Assembly: GCA_905178155.1 (NCBI GenBank)
Contig: CAJINV010000003.1
Span: forward strand, 8,476,799-8,540,798
DNA from: Amoebophrya sp. A120
Lineage: Eukaryota; Protista; Dinoflagellata
Direction of reading: 5' to 3'
DNA length: 64,000 bases
Part shown: positions 62,802 through 64,000 of the stretch, one piece after another
Numbering within the stretch: the stretch's first letter is position 1
How the letters are laid out: every line of letters begins with the position of its first letter
Program-made: the position numbers and the translations under genes
Notes under the pieces: model-generated
The model's database searches: none
What the model was told of the DNA's origin: nothing
What the model saw: the letters and a program-made list of their open reading frames with translations, nothing else

Positions 62802-63085
62802 TATGCGCTGCAAACATGTCTGAGTCTGGCGGGATCAAAAATGTGACGCAGAGAGATGCTGGAAAAAAAAGTCCGCGTTGGTCTTGCATAGCAGGCAGCA
62901 AAAGATGCGAGCTCTTTGTCTCCAGGAGGGGACATTGCTTACGCAGACTACTAGGAATAGAGAAGCATCATGTGTCATGCTCGCTGAGCATTGCAGACTT
63001 GTTTCATGCAGCAGATGGTGCAAAAGCTGCGTGACAGGTGTCTGCTTTTTATTTCTTCCAGAACCAAACATCTTTGCATTTGATA
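62802..63085. mobile_element. IR introner copy h
   Basis: TATGCGCTGCAAACATGTCTGAGTCTGG ... CCAGAACCAAACATCTTTGCATTTGATA; flanks AGCCT/AGCTT. Confidence 0.8.
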
Positions 63086-63479
63086 AGCTTCCTCTGCCCA
63101 AGACGAAGACGCTCAACTGGGGTTCACCGTCAACCACCCTATTCCGCCTATTAAGAGATTTATAAATATTGCTGTATCAAAACCTTAACCTTTAGAGGAT
63201 CAATTTGTAGCTAAGAAGCAGTGCTAGAAAGAACCACCGAAAAAACAGAGTCTCGCTGCCTCATCTGATCCCCGTCTATGACGTTCTATTAGTCGGAGTT
63301 CATGTAGTATCTGTAAACATCAAAATAGTATCTCATGCAACTCAAAAGTGGGAGGACGACCGCGGTGGATCCGCTTTTCTGCCATCAAATACGGAAATCA
63401 CTCGTTGAGTGGAAGAGATGTAAATGCGATCTCCTTGCTCTTGAGATAAATTGCCGCAAACATTTATACAAAATAGGTG

Positions 63480-63861
63480 CTATACCTCTTCCAGGAAGTC
63501 CTGGACTTCTGCCGGCGTCAGCACTCGAAAAATCCCGTCATCGCGAATTATCGGGAGGAAGAAGCTCACATTGATTCCTGACTGCAACAGCAAGACATAG
63601 CAAAAATTGTTTGCAGTCATCATGCGGTAAGTATTGTGCAAGCGGCAGCAGCTGGAATTCAAATTCATAAAAAGTAGGGCAAACATGAAAAAACGGCTCG
63701 GAAAAAATTGCGATGTGACTAAAAAGAAAGTCTGTCCTGTGCATGCCCAGTCGATGCAGTCCTGAGCTTGTGAGTTCATGGCTGATTGCTTGCATACGAA
63801 CGACGCCAACTTCTATGTTCTCGGAGGTGAGCGCCCCTTCCGCATTTTCGCGCAATGGGAT
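63480..63861 (-). CDS. PSMA2: 20S proteasome subunit alpha-2, last two exons (gene continues beyond window)
   Basis: The spliced product LRENAEGALTSENIEVGVVRDDGIFRVLTPAEVQDFLEEV* matches the recalled alpha-2 C-terminal pattern (LKExFEGxMTxxNIEVG...FRxLTPxEVxDYL). Confidence 0.8.
63549..63796. mobile_element. Degenerate TAT...ATA introner in proteasome alpha-2
   Basis: Flanks CGAAT/CGAAC; removing 253 nt restores frame and alignment; IRs are weak. Confidence 0.8.
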
Positions 63862-64000
63862 TATCCAAGCAAACACAAACTGTTGAGTTCTCAAACTCAA
63901 ATTCAATTTTACCAGCGTGTACCAGTCTGATCATGCAGCGACATCTTTATAAATATCTATCATATAATTCGTCATACCTCCTCAACAGAAGCGCCAGGGC

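Noticed and set aside
17485-63085. Recurrent peptide PDPDTFAFD as a protein domain
   Set aside because: It occurs as inverted pairs on opposite strands and is simply the translation of the introner TIR.

Overview
Eukaryotic nuclear DNA, most likely a syndinian dinoflagellate such as Amoebophrya. This is an inference from the non-canonical inverted-repeat introns and a nearly all minus-strand gene block. Contents in order: (1) a palindromic satellite at the left edge. (2) A 3'-truncated Ty3/Gypsy-like LTR retrotransposon (2.9-12.35 kb, minus strand) with one TG..CA LTR and a PBS. It has three extra sense ORFs upstream of a fused gag-PR-(dUTPase-like)-RT ORF, an in-frame UAG followed by a stem-loop, and a fold-back hairpin where it breaks. 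(3) A small intronless plus-strand gene between 30-bp direct repeats. (4) Intron-rich minus-strand host genes: PPR-like, SLC13/SLT-type anion transporter, TPR, low-complexity proteins and the 3' end of proteasome alpha-2. Many of their introns are 250-460 bp TAT...ATA elements with terminal inverted repeats and 5-bp flanking duplications, and removing them restores reading frames, mostly without GT-AG. (5) A 9,060-bp block (29087-38146) in which seven direct copies of a ~35-62 bp structured motif join unrelated kb-sized segments, including three non-coding hairpin/iteron modules. (6) A Helitron-like fold-back element inside a transporter intron. Gene spans are approximate and no database searches were run.
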